The notes: generated by a model from the letters alone, not told the origin. A DNA stretch of 64,000 nucleotides from the human T2T-CHM13v2.0 reference genome, Homo sapiens (GCF_009914755.1 NC_060941.1); one strand, 5' to 3'. Shown: positions 1 to 15,849, numbered from the stretch's first letter. Translations and numbers: made by a program.

Positions 1-213
1 ACAAGCAGCATTTCCAAGGGCACCACCAGCATGGCTCCCACCAGGAACACTGCCCAAGCCCCCTCCCAAGGCACAGGAAAATTCACTTCCAGCAACAGAG
101 CCACCACATGCACTGCTGCCTGCAAAGCCTGCACCTCCATTGAGGGGTCTGACAGATCCAGCTCCAGACCTTAAGCAAACATGCCTGGATCCATTAGAAA
201 ATTGGAGAGACAT
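1..213 (-). CDS. KRT28: Keratin 28 exon 1, partial (head domain; continues off the window edge)
   Basis: Reverse complement from ATG at 213 (context ACACCATG) is open for 71 codons: MSLQFSNGSRHVCLRSGAGSVRPLNGGAGFAGSSACGGSVAGSEFSCALGGGLGSVPGGSHAGGALGNAAC. This matches the recalled K28 N-terminus, and the position next to KRT10 fits cluster order. Confidence 0.92.
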   Translation of the reverse strand, partial: MSLQFSNGSRHVCLRSGAGSVRPLNGGAGFAGSSACGGSVAGSEFSCALGGGLGSVPGGSHAGGALGNAAC

Positions 214-300
214 GGTGTTTTGAGAAATGTTCACCTTGTCTATGCAAAACTGTAATGTCCCAAGAGAACAGAATATCATGCACTGATAATTTCTTTGGGT

Positions 301-309
301 TTTTATATA
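301..309 (-). promoter_or_regulatory. KRT28: KRT28 TATA box
   Basis: TATATAAAA on the - strand, about 90 nt upstream of the ATG at 213. Confidence 0.8.
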
Positions 310-929
310 TCATTATTGGGGCGTTCCTATTTGAGTTATACATGCCAAAAGCAAAATGGCATCACTTAGATTAGCATAAAATTATGTATAATTGGGTGAT
401 TTTAAAAATAATTAATGTCTAACATCCCTCGGTGTTGCTTTGGGCTATTTCTTATCTTAAATATAATAGGGTTTGTTCTATATTAAGTTTATTAATTTAA
501 CTTCTAATTTTGAGTGAGTAATCCTTTCCTTTCATCTAGACCCTAGGCATATACTGTCATTATCTGGCGCCAGGTATTATCAAATTTTTTATAAAGTTAA
601 GTAAGATTATGATAGAGTTCTGTGAGGTACAGTAGGGTCTCAATTACCATGGAGGGGTATAAAGGACTGCTAATTACAGAAACAGATATTTTATCCCACC
701 AGAAAAAAATGTGTTATTTAGAAAACAGAGGCTAGTGACATCTCTGTTCTTACCATGATTATAACATCTATTTATTATCTTGGACAATGACACAAATATT
801 GACCTATTATTTTGTTTAAAATAGCATGGTTATGATGTTTGGTGCTCTATGCTAAGTGCTAAAATGAAAGACATAGTGTTAACTAAATGCAGAAGTGAAA
901 AATGCGTGATTACAATCTTTAAGAAATCT

Positions 930-1400
930 ATTGTCAGGTCCAGACAGGGGCTGGATCATGGTTAGCTTTCTGTGCTGGTCTAAAGAGTTTGTAATGAATC
1001 CTAAGTAAAAAGCAGAGGGCAAAATGATCAGGTTGAAATGAAACAAGGTGGTCAATTACAAGGTTGGAATAATGGTCCAGGTGAGAAGGATGAAGGCAGT
1101 GGGGATGCAGAGAAGATGGCTTTGAGAGCATATGGTAATATGATTGAATTTGGAGAGTAGGGAATAAGGCAGAATTGGGGATAACTCTTAGGTAATTAAT
1201 TTTAGATTCTGGGAACTCATAATATTCACTGAGATGGGGAATAGAGGAGGAGGAAGACACTGAGTTTAGGTTTGGACCAACTGGATTTGAGGGGTTGCCA
1301 GAATGTTCCAGATGAAGGTGACTGATAGCAAGAATGACTGTTTAGAATATGTATACTGAACTGGAAAAATACTTGACTAGCAATGAGTAAAAGAAAATTG
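930..1400 (-). mobile_element. Old L2 LINE fragment
   Basis: Purine-rich degenerate L2-like motifs (aataatggtccaggtgagaaggatg, gagatggggaatagaggagg, tgagtttaggtttgga). Boundaries approximate. Confidence 0.55.
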
Positions 1401-3561
1401 GAGGGTCCAGCTCTCATTTATAATGATGTTCAACTGCATATTTGGAAGTAATCCTGGTGCAGGAATAGAAAGGATGATGATCAGATTGATGTGGGTTTTG
1501 GGATTTGAAGACAGGTCCAGAAGAAGGAAATAGTGGCAAAGAAATTTCTGGTGTTCTTGAGAAAACAATTGAGGCGATTGACTGTATGATCATATAGCAA
1601 GAAGAAAGTAAAACCAGAGGGACAGATGGACTGAAGAAAAGGGCAGAGGGTGAGTCATTGGGTATCCTTATGAGGTCATGGAGCAGGCGGAGTGTGAGGA
1701 GGAGATTGATAAAGGTGAAGGATGACAGGCTAAAATTGGATAGTGGAAACCAGAATTTAGAATTTTAAAGTAGGCACAACTCCAGGTGTCACCAAAGTCC
1801 ACAGAGTAGTCATGGGAGTGGACCAACAGTCACTGGAACAAGAAGTCAGAAGTGGATTGGACCTGAAAGGCAAGAGAGTAGGAGGTCAGGAACTATCTGT
1901 CTGTGACATTAAATGTACCATCTATAAAGGCGTGAAGTTTCTCATGATGGCAGGAGACAGGAGGGAAGTGGGCTGTGAGCCATTGTCAAGGTTTTTGGAT
2001 GATGAGGCAGAGGGGAGTGTATGTGGTGAGGGGCCATTGGATGGCATTTGCCTCAAAAGAGGAGTCTTAGCATAAGAATTAAGTGGCACAAAGCTAGATG
2101 TGGCATTGGGGATCTAGAGAACACAGACTCTGCCTTGAAGTCCTTATGTTAGGTGTGTGGAAGTGGGAGCAGAAGAGGAGATGGAAGTGAAGAAGGAGGA
2201 TGGAGAGGAGATGACAAGAAAAGATGTGGGAGAAAATGAGAGGAAAAGATGTGGGAGAAAATGAGAGGAAAGGGGAGAGAGATGGGAATGGAGATCGAGG
2301 ATGAAGGATAAGTTTCTGATAGAAAAAGTTGTTAGGACAATTCAGCAGAAAGTGGTTAATGCTATTAAAGAATCATTTCAGTTGAACTATTTTGCAGAGA
2401 GGTCTGCAGAAAAGGTTCATGTAATTGTCAAAGTGTGGGTAAAAAGAGTTTCCACCTCATAAGCTTGTTGAAAAACTAAATGAGATCATGCTTAGTGCGG
2501 TGCCTGGCAAATGGAAAACTGTCAATGAATGGAAGCCATTATTATTACTATTGGTGTTGTTCCTAACTGGGTGTGTGAGTGTGGAGGGCTGGGACATCAG
2601 GCTGGAAGGGAAGGAGAGGTGACCAAGGAGAAGCCTCCTTCCTCTTGAGGCCATGGCTGTGGAGGGTGGGGATGAAGAGGGTTGGCAGGGCAGGAAAAAG
2701 GAGGGACAAGGGACAGGAGACACTTGGTTGGACGTGACTGGTTTTGAGTCCACTTGGTTGGATTTGACTGGGTTCAGGGAGTGATGACAAGTATAAAATT
2801 GTTTTGCCACCAGAATAGTCAGGGGTGGTCTCCTGGAATTGCCTTGGCCTAAACAGTCTGGAGCCTGATTAGCTGGTGCTGAGGGTGGCTCGCGTGTGGC
2901 CTCTAAGATGCATTTTCTGGACAAAGTTGTAGGATATTTTTAGAGTTGCAAAGAGCCTTAGACATCACCTAATTTAGCCCCTTATTTGGCAGTTCAGGGC
3001 AACTGAGACTCAGAAATGTTGAACAATTTGCTCAGAGCTGTGAGGGATAGGCCAGGTGAAAACGTGGCATATGTTCAAGTTGACCTTGGTATTCTGGCAC
3101 CGTGAATATATTTAGACATAAGTAATTACTCTATGATGCATGCTCATACAAATACTTTATATGTTGCCATTTGTAGTCTTTTTTTAAACATTGGCAACCT
3201 CTTTAATATCTAGAGACTAGATATTATAAAATTAGGACTCACTTGTCCAGTATGTACACAATATACACAGTATAACAAAGTTAAATAAAACGCATGTAAC
3301 ACATAGGGAAATATATAAGCTGAAATTTTCTAGCATACACCATCCATAGTCTTAACACGCGTGAGTTGTAAAATGATTCTAATTGAATTGCTGAGATTTA
3401 GCTATAAGGAATTAGAATATGAAAATGTATAAAGAATTGCAAATCTCTCATTTATTACTAAACTCCAAATAATAATTAGACAACTCATTGGTGTAACGTG
3501 TCTGTATCCTTTATAAGTAAGTAAAATGTTTCCAAAAGGCCATTTTACAACAAGAAAAGAA

Positions 3562-3890
3562 ACAACAATGCATTGCATACTTGAAAATTGCTAAGAGAGT
3601 AGAATTTAAGTGTTTTCACCACAAAAGATGATACAGATATGGGGTGATGTGTGGGTTAATTACTTTGACTGAGCCATTCCACAATGTACACGTATTTTCT
3701 TTTTGTCTTTTTTTTAACTTTTCTTAATCAAAAGAAAACTGGGTTTTTTTCCTTTAAAAATGTATACATATTTTAAAACATCACCCTGGGTTTTTTTTTG
3801 TTTTCTTTAAAAAGTACATATATTTTAAAGCATCATGTTGTACAACATAAATATACACAATTATAATTTGTTAATTTAAAAAACACATGA
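3562..3890 (+). mobile_element. L1M 3' end fragment
   Basis: Typical L1M 3' UTR words (ttgaaaattgctaagagagtaga, catgttgtacaacataaatatacacaatt) followed by an A-rich tail. Confidence 0.75.
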
Positions 3891-4026
3891 AAACAACAAA
3901 AAGAAAAAATGACAAACTATTTCTTTAAAAAGTATATGCTTAAATAAGCGGATTCTCCTTTTCAGCCAGCGTCTGTCATTAGGATCCTGACCATCCCAGT
4001 TGCCGGGCACGCTCACCCTTCTCCTT

Positions 4027-4040
4027 CCACCAGGGGGCAG
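4027..4040 (+). promoter_or_regulatory. Consensus CTCF motif in a small CpG-containing patch
   Basis: CCACCAGGGGGCAG matches the CTCF core consensus. A GC box (GGGGCGG) lies at ~4078 and several CpGs are retained at 3949-4083. Confidence 0.7.
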
Positions 4041-4632
4041 GGCTCGTTTACATATGGATTTCGCCGCGCAGATGCCAGGGGCGGAACCTCCTCTCCAGCC
4101 TGGGTCCCTGCTGTCCTCAGGTGGAAATGATTAAACCTCTGCAAACAAGCAGCTTCAGCATTTAATTTTGTGAAGTTACAGAGTGTGATAAGTACAAAGA
4201 CACGATGGCCTTACATTGATATGCTGCTTTACAGCTTCCAAAGGGATTTCTTGTATATGATCTCATTTGAACCTTATAATGAAGGTGGGAATTAGGAAGA
4301 GAGAGGTTTTCTTTCCCTGTTTTAAAGATAAGGAAACAGAGGAACCATTCAAGGATACACAGTGTGAAACGGGATGGACAAGGCCCAGAACGCGCCTTGT
4401 GTCTCAGTGAGGTGGTCCTTTCAGTTCATAATTATCTTAAGGTCAGGTAGAGAAATGAAAACCAAACAATGCAAAAATCTGTCTTTAATGTCTTTAATTT
4501 GTCTTCTTACAAATTCTTTGCAGAATTTCGAATTAATAGCAAAATAAAATTTTTGGCTACAGTTCTGCTATCAGGTGTCATTCATTCATTCACTCATTTG
4601 TTCAGTCAAGAAATATTTAGTGATCACCTATT

Positions 4633-4775
4633 TTTTTAAAACGTTTATTTTAGGTTCAGGGATACATGTGCAGGTTTGTTATACAGGTAAACTCATATCA
4701 TGGGGATTTGCTGTGCAGATTATTTTGTCATCCAAGTACTAAGCCTAGTGACCAGTACTTTTTTTTTTTTGATCT
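4633..4775 (-). mobile_element. Short L1P 3' end inserted into an L2
   Basis: ttttaggttcagggatacatgtgcaggtttgttatacaggtaaact is an L1 3' terminus. It is flanked by the repeat TAGTGA(T/A)CACCTATT at 4618-4632 and 4776-4790. Confidence 0.75.
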
Positions 4776-5500
4776 AGTGAACACCTATTATGTGCCAGGC
4801 ATTGCATTAGTGGCAGGTGGTACCAAGGGGAAGAAAATAGAGGCCTTCTCAACTCTCATGGAACTTATTGTTTATTGGGGAGTTGAGCCTTAAGCAAATA
4901 AGCATAAAATTACAAATTGCTGTAAAAATTAGGGAAGGAAGGAATATGGAACTATTAGGGGAGGACCTAATTTAGATTAAAGCAATCCTTTTGAAGAAAT
5001 GACATTAAGCAGACACTGGAAAGATGAGAAAGAGATTGCTAGGCAAGGGGGTGGGCGAAGAGGCATTTTGGGAGGGGAAGAAAATATAAATAAAATAAAG
5101 TTTTTTTCTTTTAGCTTGAGAAGAGAAGGGTATGGTGCCTTCAAGGAACTGGAAGAAAACCATTATTGCTGGTGGTGAGTGTGCAGGGAGAGAGGACTGC
5201 AGAGGGCTGCCCATGAAGAGATTTATTGGACCAGGCTAGGGATTTTGAATTTGAACCCAAGCATAAAGGGAAGCCATTGAGAAGTTTAAGTAGATGAGTG
5301 ATGGAGAATGGATGGGAGGGGAGTGAGAGTGTGTCGGGGGAAACCATTACAAAGCCAGTTGCAGTAATTCAGATGAGCCAGGGTAGTTAAGATAGAAGTG
5401 GATGGAATTGGGATAATTTTGGAGAATGTCTTTATTGCACCTGGTAATACATAGCTGTGGTAAGGATGGGGAGGACAGGAATAGAGAAGAATTAAAGATG
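4776..5500 (-). mobile_element. L2 fragment
   Basis: L2 3' end words (cacctattatgtgccaggcattg; gggaagccattgagaagtttaag), continuous with ttcattcattcactcatt at 4581. Confidence 0.7.
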
Positions 5501-5504
5501 ATTC

Positions 5505-5850
5505 TTGAGATAGGCAAAATAATGGCCCTACCAAAGGTGTCCACGTCCTAACCCCCAGAACCTGTGAATACATTACCTTCCATGGCAAAAGAAACGTTAC
5601 AGATGTGATTAAATTAAAGATATTAAGATGGGGAGATTATCCTGGATTATCTGGGTGGACCCAATATAATCATAAGGGTCCTTAGAAGGAGGAAGGAGTG
5701 TCAGAGTCAGAAAAGGCAATGGGATAGTGGAAGCAGAGACGGAGATTGGAAGATGCTATGCTGCTGTCTTTGAAGATGAAGGATGGGGCCATGAGCCAAG
5801 ACATGCATGTGGCTTCTAGAAGCTAGAAAAGGCAAAGAAATTGATTGTTT
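5505..5850 (+). mobile_element. MaLR LTR (MLT1-type), partial
   Basis: aggcaaaataatggcc...cccagaacctgtgaatacattacctt...gatggggagattatcctggattatctgggtggacccaat is characteristic of MLT1. Confidence 0.8.
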
Positions 5851-5978
5851 CCAAATGGTGAGTGATGGTGCTAGCATTTGCAGCTATGGTTGTTTCTACT
5901 GTGTTGTGCTGTCTTCTGGGATTATGTCACCAACTATCAATACCCTACTACCGATGTTGATCAGAAATAAAGATTCTG

Positions 5979-6421
5979 GGCTGGGTGCTGTGGCTCATGC
6001 CTGTAATCCCAGCACTTTGGGAGGCTGAGGTGAGTGGATCACTTGAGGTCAGGAATTTGAGACCAGCCTGGCCAACATGGCAAAACGCTGTCTTTACCAA
6101 AAATACAAAAATTAGCTGGGGGTGGCCACGTGTACCTGTAATCCCAGCTACTCAAGAGGCTGAGTTGTGAAAATCACTTGAACCCCGGATTTGGAGGTTG
6201 TAGTGTGCCAAGATCATGCCACTGCACTCCAGCCTGGGTAACAGAGTGAGACTATCATCTCAAAAAAAAAATTAGCGAGGCATGGTGGCATGCATCTGTG
6301 GTGTCAGCTATTCGGGAGATGAGATAGGAGGATTTCTCGAGCCCAGCAGGTAGAGGCTGCAGTGAGCTGTGGCAACAGAGTGAGACTTTACCTCAAAAAC
6401 AAATAACAGCAACAACAACAA
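5979..6421 (+). mobile_element. Alu plus an extra right-arm monomer (trimer) inside one TSD
   Basis: Full Alu 5979-6270 followed by a second, degenerate right arm 6271-6421. 16-bp direct repeat AGAAATAAAGATTCTG at 5963-5978 and 6422-6437. Confidence 0.9.
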
Positions 6422-7560
6422 AGAAATAAAGATTCTGTAGAGATATCACATGGATCACAGTTTTGAAGTTGGGTACCTCAGTGTAGTATTTGTAACTACG
6501 CCCCCAGTTGTTCTATAATGCTCTTCCCAACCTTTTGAAATATTTAATTTCTACCATCCACCAAGGCTCAGTTCAAGAGCCACATCTTCTAGCAAACCTT
6601 CCCTGACATTCCATTCTGATTTGGATGTCACGGTGCCTTGTCCATGGTCCTTAGCCCCCGACATGTACATTTTCTATGGCATGTATCACAGGGAATGGCT
6701 ATGTCTTAACTTATTATCTCCATGGCCTAGCACATTGCCTGCCTCAATGATATTTGTTGAATGAATGAATGAATGTATCCCACCCACTGAATTAAAGTCT
6801 CAGGGACTCCAAATCCCTACCCTCCTCCTGGCAAGGTGCTGGGGATGATTGTTCTGAAAAGAGCTGGTGCACCAAGCCCTTGATGTAGTTCAGCAGCTTC
6901 ATCCGTTGTCGGACACAGCTGTTTCTGCTACACCATTCCTCTGCTCTGTTCATGGTGGTGAGGGGTTTTTTTTGCACCAGCATTTGCAGCTTTTATGAAG
7001 CTCCCATAGGTAACTGTTTATTTCAGCCCTTCTCTTGGTTCCTGAGAAAGAGGGGAACAAATAGCACCAGTGAGTGAATTGGAAAGCATTTGAGTGACAC
7101 TACCCAGATTTGCACCTAGAAGTGTCGTCACTGGTTATGATCCAGTGTCTCAAGCCCCTAAATTACCCGCTGTGGGGGAAGTTGCTATTATTGGGGGCAG
7201 TCTTTAACGGAGTTTAGGTGTTTACCATGAAGAAAGTCATGAAGATGGAGAGCTAGAAAAGTTCCTAGCACTTGGGAGAGCCTGGATGGCATGAATTATT
7301 TTTTCCATTTTTTTAAACCCCAGCATCCCTGGATTTGCCTTGGGAGGTCTTGTAGTCCATGGACTCACTTGTAGGTGACTCACTGATTTTGTCACTGGCT
7401 TAACCAATATTTATTGAGCCTCAGCTTGTGTGTTGAGAATTGTGCTAGGTGTGGGTTTACAGCTACCTATGAGTAAGGCAGACAGACCTAACCTTGCTGA
7501 GATTAAAATCTAATTTACAAAAGGACTACCCAAGGTGTTACCAGGGACATGCTGACAAGA

Positions 7561-7845
<285 letters not shown>

Positions 7846-8551
7846 TAGAGATTCTTGATACACCAGGAATGAAAGCCTAGTCCTCAATCTCTGTGCAAGG
7901 GGTACTGCTGCTGAGGGCATATTTTGGAAGTGTGTGTGTCTATGTGTGAATGTGTACACATGTGGTCATCATAATGATAGGGGTTGTTGCTGGCATTTGG
8001 GGTCGGGGAGGGATGCCAGACATAATGAAATGCATGATACAGTCCTGGACATCAAGGAATTGTCCTGTGTTCCACATGACTTTTGAACCATGAGCTATTC
8101 ATGAAAGTGAAAAACCTGTTTATAATTACCTGAATCTGGAAACGAGTTCTAAGTTATGTAAAAACACAAAGTTTTTTTTTGTGTGTGTGCAAAGTTGTAA
8201 CTGAATTTTTTTAGGAATGTAATTGCTGTATAAATCAAGGAAGATTGTACTTAAGCTTATTTTGCCCAGAATTTGATCAAGGGTTGTTTAAAAAATCCCA
8301 TCACCAACAACATTGCTGCTCATTGTATTTAAGTCAGTGATGTGCCCACGTTTATCAGTCTCTCTTCATTTGTACCTTTTTGCATTCTCGCTGGTTTTGC
8401 ATATAGATGCAATCATTTGACTACTTCATTACATCTTCTGGTACAATCATACTCGAACATTTCCATATTGAAATGCAAATAATTTTATTACAAGTTATCT
8501 TTCCTTCTGTTTTTCTTTTACATCTATCATTAACCTTTCTACACACTATAG

Positions 8552-8900
<349 letters not shown>

Positions 8901-11469
8901 AGTTTCTATATATGATATATAAAAATGTATATATGAAACACAGAAGTGATAAGTATATGTTTTGTACATGTGATATTTATAGTACCCACCCCTGCTCCTC
9001 CTCCGTATACTAGGATAAACTGTGTGTTGGAAGGATATATTACCTATGAATTTCATTTCTCAATAGTAAAGGGGGTGAATCAAAATATTTGCTATAAAAA
9101 AGGAATGTAAGTCAGAACTACTGGCAAAATATAGGAAGGAGCAGGGCTAAGCACTACAGAGCACTGGTCTCCAAGTAAAGTATGTACTTTTAGGAGATGC
9201 AGGCAACCCACTGGGTGGGAGGAAGAGGGTGTCAGAACTTCTATTTAAGTTTTTGTATTAGAAAGTAAGAATTAAACTAAACTCATATTTAATATAAGAA
9301 TGACATTGGCATTCTGATTTTATCTTTATGTCAATCTCTCTTCTCAATCAGCTCAAAAGATATTCTGAGAAAAGAATGTTCACCCCACAATGTAGAGAAG
9401 TGGATAGTGACATCTTCATTTGCTTGCAATGCACTGTGACATTGCAGTTTATGTCCATTGTATTTCAGGATTGTATTGCTGCTTTTAATGGAGCGAATCC
9501 CCCCTCCCCACCAGAAACAGCAAAGAAACAGCAACTGGAAGATAACAGAATCATGAAAGCATGATTGAAGAACAAAAAAATGGGACAGCTGACACTTCCA
9601 CTTCTGTTAAGAGTTCTTTGCCAGCCACATTATTGGGTAAAATATAATACAATAATCATCATAATGGTGGTATTATATTCCACAAGAAATCAGCTGATAA
9701 AATTTGGAGTTCTCAAAAAGATTATTTAAAATAAGGATTTGGGTCTACAGTCTTTATGCTAAATACATGTTGTGCATTGAGCTATCTGATAGTATATATA
9801 CACATACATATATTTTATATAATTTTAAAATAAATATGGACATCTTGGGGGTGCATACTCAAATGTTTTTACTGTAATAAGAAATGTCTAGTAATCACTG
9901 CTCTAGAGGAAGGAGCTCTAGGCTTGAAATCAGAAATCCCACATATAAGACCTAGGTCTGCCAGCTGCTATCCATGAGACCTTGGGGAAATCATTACATA
10001 TTTCTGAACCCTGCATATGTCCCCAGGTTGTTCTGAAGATGATTTCTACATAGAGGTGTAAGTATATTGAGAATTGCAAAGATCTGTGCACACACACAGT
10101 GTTACACTGTTCTTCTATACTACTTCTTGACATACTTTGGTATGTCCTGACCGCATAACACAGTATCCCGCACATGGAGATAATTATAATTCTAAGTAGT
10201 GTTTATGAACAATAGAGTCTTATCACTGTTTAAATGGCTTTCCATAATTAGAACAGAGTGGAAATTCCAGTGTGCTTATTTCATTTTTCCCCTCTTAACA
10301 CAGTTTCCACAAATAAATACTGTAAAGCATGGTGTTCCTGCCAAGATGTGATATCTTAGTCTTTGTCCCCATTTTTGCAGAAGGTAATCAGCTCTACTGA
10401 CAGGGCAGATGAAAAAACAGTGAAATAATAGAAAGTTTAATTTGAATGTGTATGTAGATTACCTGTAGACATTTTGGAAGGCATAGGTTGCTAGAGGTCA
10501 TCTCAATTGTACAGGGAGGACTATTGCATTGTCAAGCTCCCATGGCAACCTGGGCTTACTTCTGTGTAGTGCTTTCTACCATGTCTGTGTAGTTGTACAT
10601 CTATTTCTACTTCTGAGTTCTTTGAAGGCAAGGACTGGGTTTCATTCATTATTTTTAATCACTGTTGCCTGGCACAGTGCTTGACACTGCAGAAGGAATG
10701 ATCAACCAATACATATTTTAATGCATACTGTGAACCAAGGTCTATGATAGGCGTTGGATTGATTTATATAAATTCCAGTTATTTTTTAAAGGCAGAAAAT
10801 GATAGTTGGGCTTGGGGAGATGTCAGTGAAAGGGAATAGGTGATGGGCAGTAGTGAGACTGTTACGCATTCTTTTTCCAAAGAGAAAGTGGAAGATGGAC
10901 TTTTGATTGGAGAAAAATCTTGGCAGGAAGATCACCATGGAGCGTAGAAGGGTGAGGATACACCTAGGTGAGAGGAGACATTGCCGTGAGTTTCTATATT
11001 TCTTTTGGCTTGGCATCAAGTAGCGATTACATACCAACTCCTTTTAACTCTTCCCACCATAAGTAACCCAGTTGTCCAAACATTACTCATTCACATTCCC
11101 AAACCAACTACCAAAACAACATTCCAGGAGAAGCAGGAGTTTTAAAGGTTGTGCGTTATGACACCTCCATCTTTTCTTTCTAATAACAGGCTGCACAAAT
11201 ATAAACGTGTGATTACAGGCAGGCTATGGTTCAACTTTAATTAATCCGTTGGTTCTATAGATTAAGAATATGATTCACAAAGTTTGTTCATTAAAAAATC
11301 CATTATAAGGAAATTATTTACCTGTGCTATTTTTTTTTTTTGCTATAAAGAAATTTTCATGCTCTTTAGTCCTCAGAGTACAAGCTTTTTTTGGAGCTGA
11401 AAATACAGCAGAAACTGACCACACTAGAAAAATAAAAAGCTAAATGTTCAATTGCTGTTTTTAATTTTC

Positions 11470-12410
11470 ATTTTTTTTTAAAAGTCAGGTTTATTGAGGT
11501 TTAATGTGCATAAAGTAAAATTTACCTTTTTTTGGTGTATAGTTCAATTAATTTTGACAAACAAATTCAGTTGTACAATGGCCACCATAAACAAAACAGA
11601 GAATATGTGAATACTTCCATCATTCCAAAAAATCCTCTTGTACCTCTTTGTGGTAAACACACTCCCTTTACCCTCTGACAATCTCTGATCTGTTTTTAGC
11701 TCTCTAGTTTGACTTTTCCTTGAATTTCATATCAATGAGCTATAACATATAGCCTTCTGAGTCTAGCATCTTTCACTTAGCATAATGCTTTTGAATTTCA
11801 AGATGTAATGTGGTCTGTTTCTTTTGTAGCATTTCATATATGGGTGTACCATATTTTTTTCCATTCACTAGTTTATGGGCATTTGGGCTATTTTCAGATT
11901 TCATGATTATGAATAAAGCTGCTCTAAATTTTCCTCATAGGTCTTTATGTAGATATTTTTATTTCAGTTGGATAAATGTCTATGAGTGAGATTGCTAGAT
12001 TGTATGTTAAGTCTATGTTTAACACGATGACAAACTGCCAAACTATAATTTTGCATTCCCACTAGCAATATATGAGGGTTCCAGTTGCTCAGAATCCCTA
12101 CTTGCACTTGGTATTGTCCATCAAAAAATTTTTTTTGAGTCATTCTAATAGTTGTATAGTGGTATGTTTAGAATTTGTATTTCCCTAATGTCTAATGATG
12201 TCAAGCATCTTCTTTGTGTGCTTATTTGCCATTTGTATCTCTTCTTTGATAAAGTATCAGTTCAAATCTTTTGTCCATTTTTTAATTGGTTTGTGGTTTT
12301 TTTCTTGTTATTGAGTTGTAGTTTTTTATATTTATATTCTATATGCCAGTCCTTTATAAGATTTGTATTTTTGTGACTATTTTCTCCCAGTCTTTGGCTT
12401 TTTAAAATTA
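11470..12410 (-). mobile_element. Old L1M 3' region
   Basis: Reverse L1 3' motifs (ttgcattcccactagcaatatatgagggttccag; tttccctaatgtctaatgatg). Confidence 0.8.
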
Positions 12411-12429
12411 TTTTGACGGTGACTTTCAA

Positions 12430-13930
<1,501 letters not shown>

Positions 13931-14413
13931 AAATGTGATTACACATTTTTTTCTGCTTTTTTTTTACTACTTATATGGATGTTTAAGACACTCATTTGGA
14001 TTATTTCTAGTATGTTTGTTATGGGTTTAATAGTTTATCATTTACTGAATAAACCTTACTTTCTTAGGGTTTAGATTCTTCCTTTATCATACACTAATGT
14101 CCATTTATATATAATCATTTCCTACACTCTTAGTTCCAGTGATGAATTAAATTGTGCTTCAGTTTCTTCATCTGTAAAATGGAGATAATAATAGTATATA
14201 TGTCATAGAGTTCATTCCTTCAAAAACGATATTTTTGGTACCTAACCTGTGTTAGTCACTGTTCTAGTGCCTCAGGATACATGAATGGATAAAGTAGACG
14301 AAGATCAAGCGTTGTCTTTCTGGAGTGTACCGTCTAGCAGGGGAAAAGGATGACTAATAATGAATACATTGTATAGTAAGTTGGAAACAGTGCTGTGAAA
14401 AAAAGAAAAAGTG

Positions 14414-15512
14414 GAAAACCTAGGCAATACCATTCAGGACACAGGCATGGGCAAAGACTTCATGACTGAAAAACCAAAAGCAATGGCAACAAAAGCCAAA
14501 ATTGACAAATGGGATCTAATTAAACTAAAGAGCTTCTGCACAGCAAAAGAAACTATCATCATGGTGAACAGGCAACCTACAGAAAGGGAGAAAATTTTTG
14601 CAATCTACCCATCTGACAAAGGGCTAATATCCAGAATCTACAAAGAACTTAAACAAATTTACAAGAAAAAAACAACCCCATCAAAAAGTGGACAAAGGAA
14701 ATGAACAGACTTCTCAAAAGAAGACGTTTATGCAGCCAACAGACATATGAAAAAATGCTCAACATCACTGGTCATCAGAGAAATGCAAATCAAAACCACA
14801 ATGAGATACCATCTCACACCAGTTAGAATGGCGGTCATTAAAAAGTCAGGAAACAACAAATGCTGGAGAGGATGTGGAGAAATAGGAACGCTTTTACACT
14901 GTTGGTGGGAGTGTAAATTAGTTCAACCATTGTGGAAGACAGTGTGGCAATTCCTCAAGGATCTAGAACTAGAAATACCATTTGACCCAGCGATCCCTTT
15001 ACTGGGTATACATCCAAAGGATTATAAATGATGCTACTATAAAGACATATGCACACGTATGTTTATTGTGGCACTATTCACAATAGCAAAGTCTTGGAAC
15101 CAACCTAAATGTCCAGCAATGATAGACTGGATTAAGAAACTGTGGCACATATACACCAGGGAATACTATGCAGCCATAAAAAAGGATGAGTTCATGTCCT
15201 TTTCAGGGATATGGATGAAGCTGGAAACCATCATTCTGAGCAAACTATCACGAGGACATAAAACCAAATACCACATGTTCTCACTCATAGGTGGGAGTTG
15301 AACAATGAGAACACATGGACACAGGGTGGGGAACATCACACACCTGTTGTGGGGTAGAGGGCTGGGGGAGGGATAGAATTAGGGGAAATACCTAATGTAA
15401 ATGACGAGTTAATGGGCGCAGCCAACCAACATGGCACACGTATAACTACGTAACAAACCTGCACATTCTGCACATGTACCCTAGAACTTAAAGTATAATA
15501 ATAATAAAAAAA
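14414..15512 (+). mobile_element. 5'-truncated L1PA (ORF2 C-terminus plus 3' UTR, ~1.1 kb)
   Basis: ORF track fragments 14411-15301 translate to the L1 ORF2 C-terminus ([44 protein letters not shown]) with frameshifts. The end reads ctagaacttaaagtataataataa. TSD AAAAAGTGGA. Confidence 0.95.
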
Positions 15513-15849
15513 GTGGAGCAGATAGGGGAGTTGGGAGATTGGCAGGTAAAATTTTAAGCGGAAAATCAGAGTGGGTCTCAAAGAAAAAGTGACAACTGTG
15601 CAAAGGCTTGAAGGAGGTAAGGAAGACCATCTTGTTAAAGAATATTAACCAAGGTAACATCAAAAGAGAAATGGAGAGACATCAAAGAATTTTGATCAAA
15701 TATAATTAGACTTACAATTTGATCTAATATATTAGACTTACATTTTAAAAGGATAACTATGGTTCTGTGTTGAAAATAAACTGTAGGGTAGTAGCTAAGC
15801 TTAAATGAGTTCATATACATGTTATATGTACTGAGTCTACCTACCTATC

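Noticed and set aside
14411-15301. Three ORFs with reverse-transcriptase-family sequence
   Set aside because: Frameshifted C-terminal pieces of ORF2 from a 5'-truncated L1, not an active element or a novel RT system.
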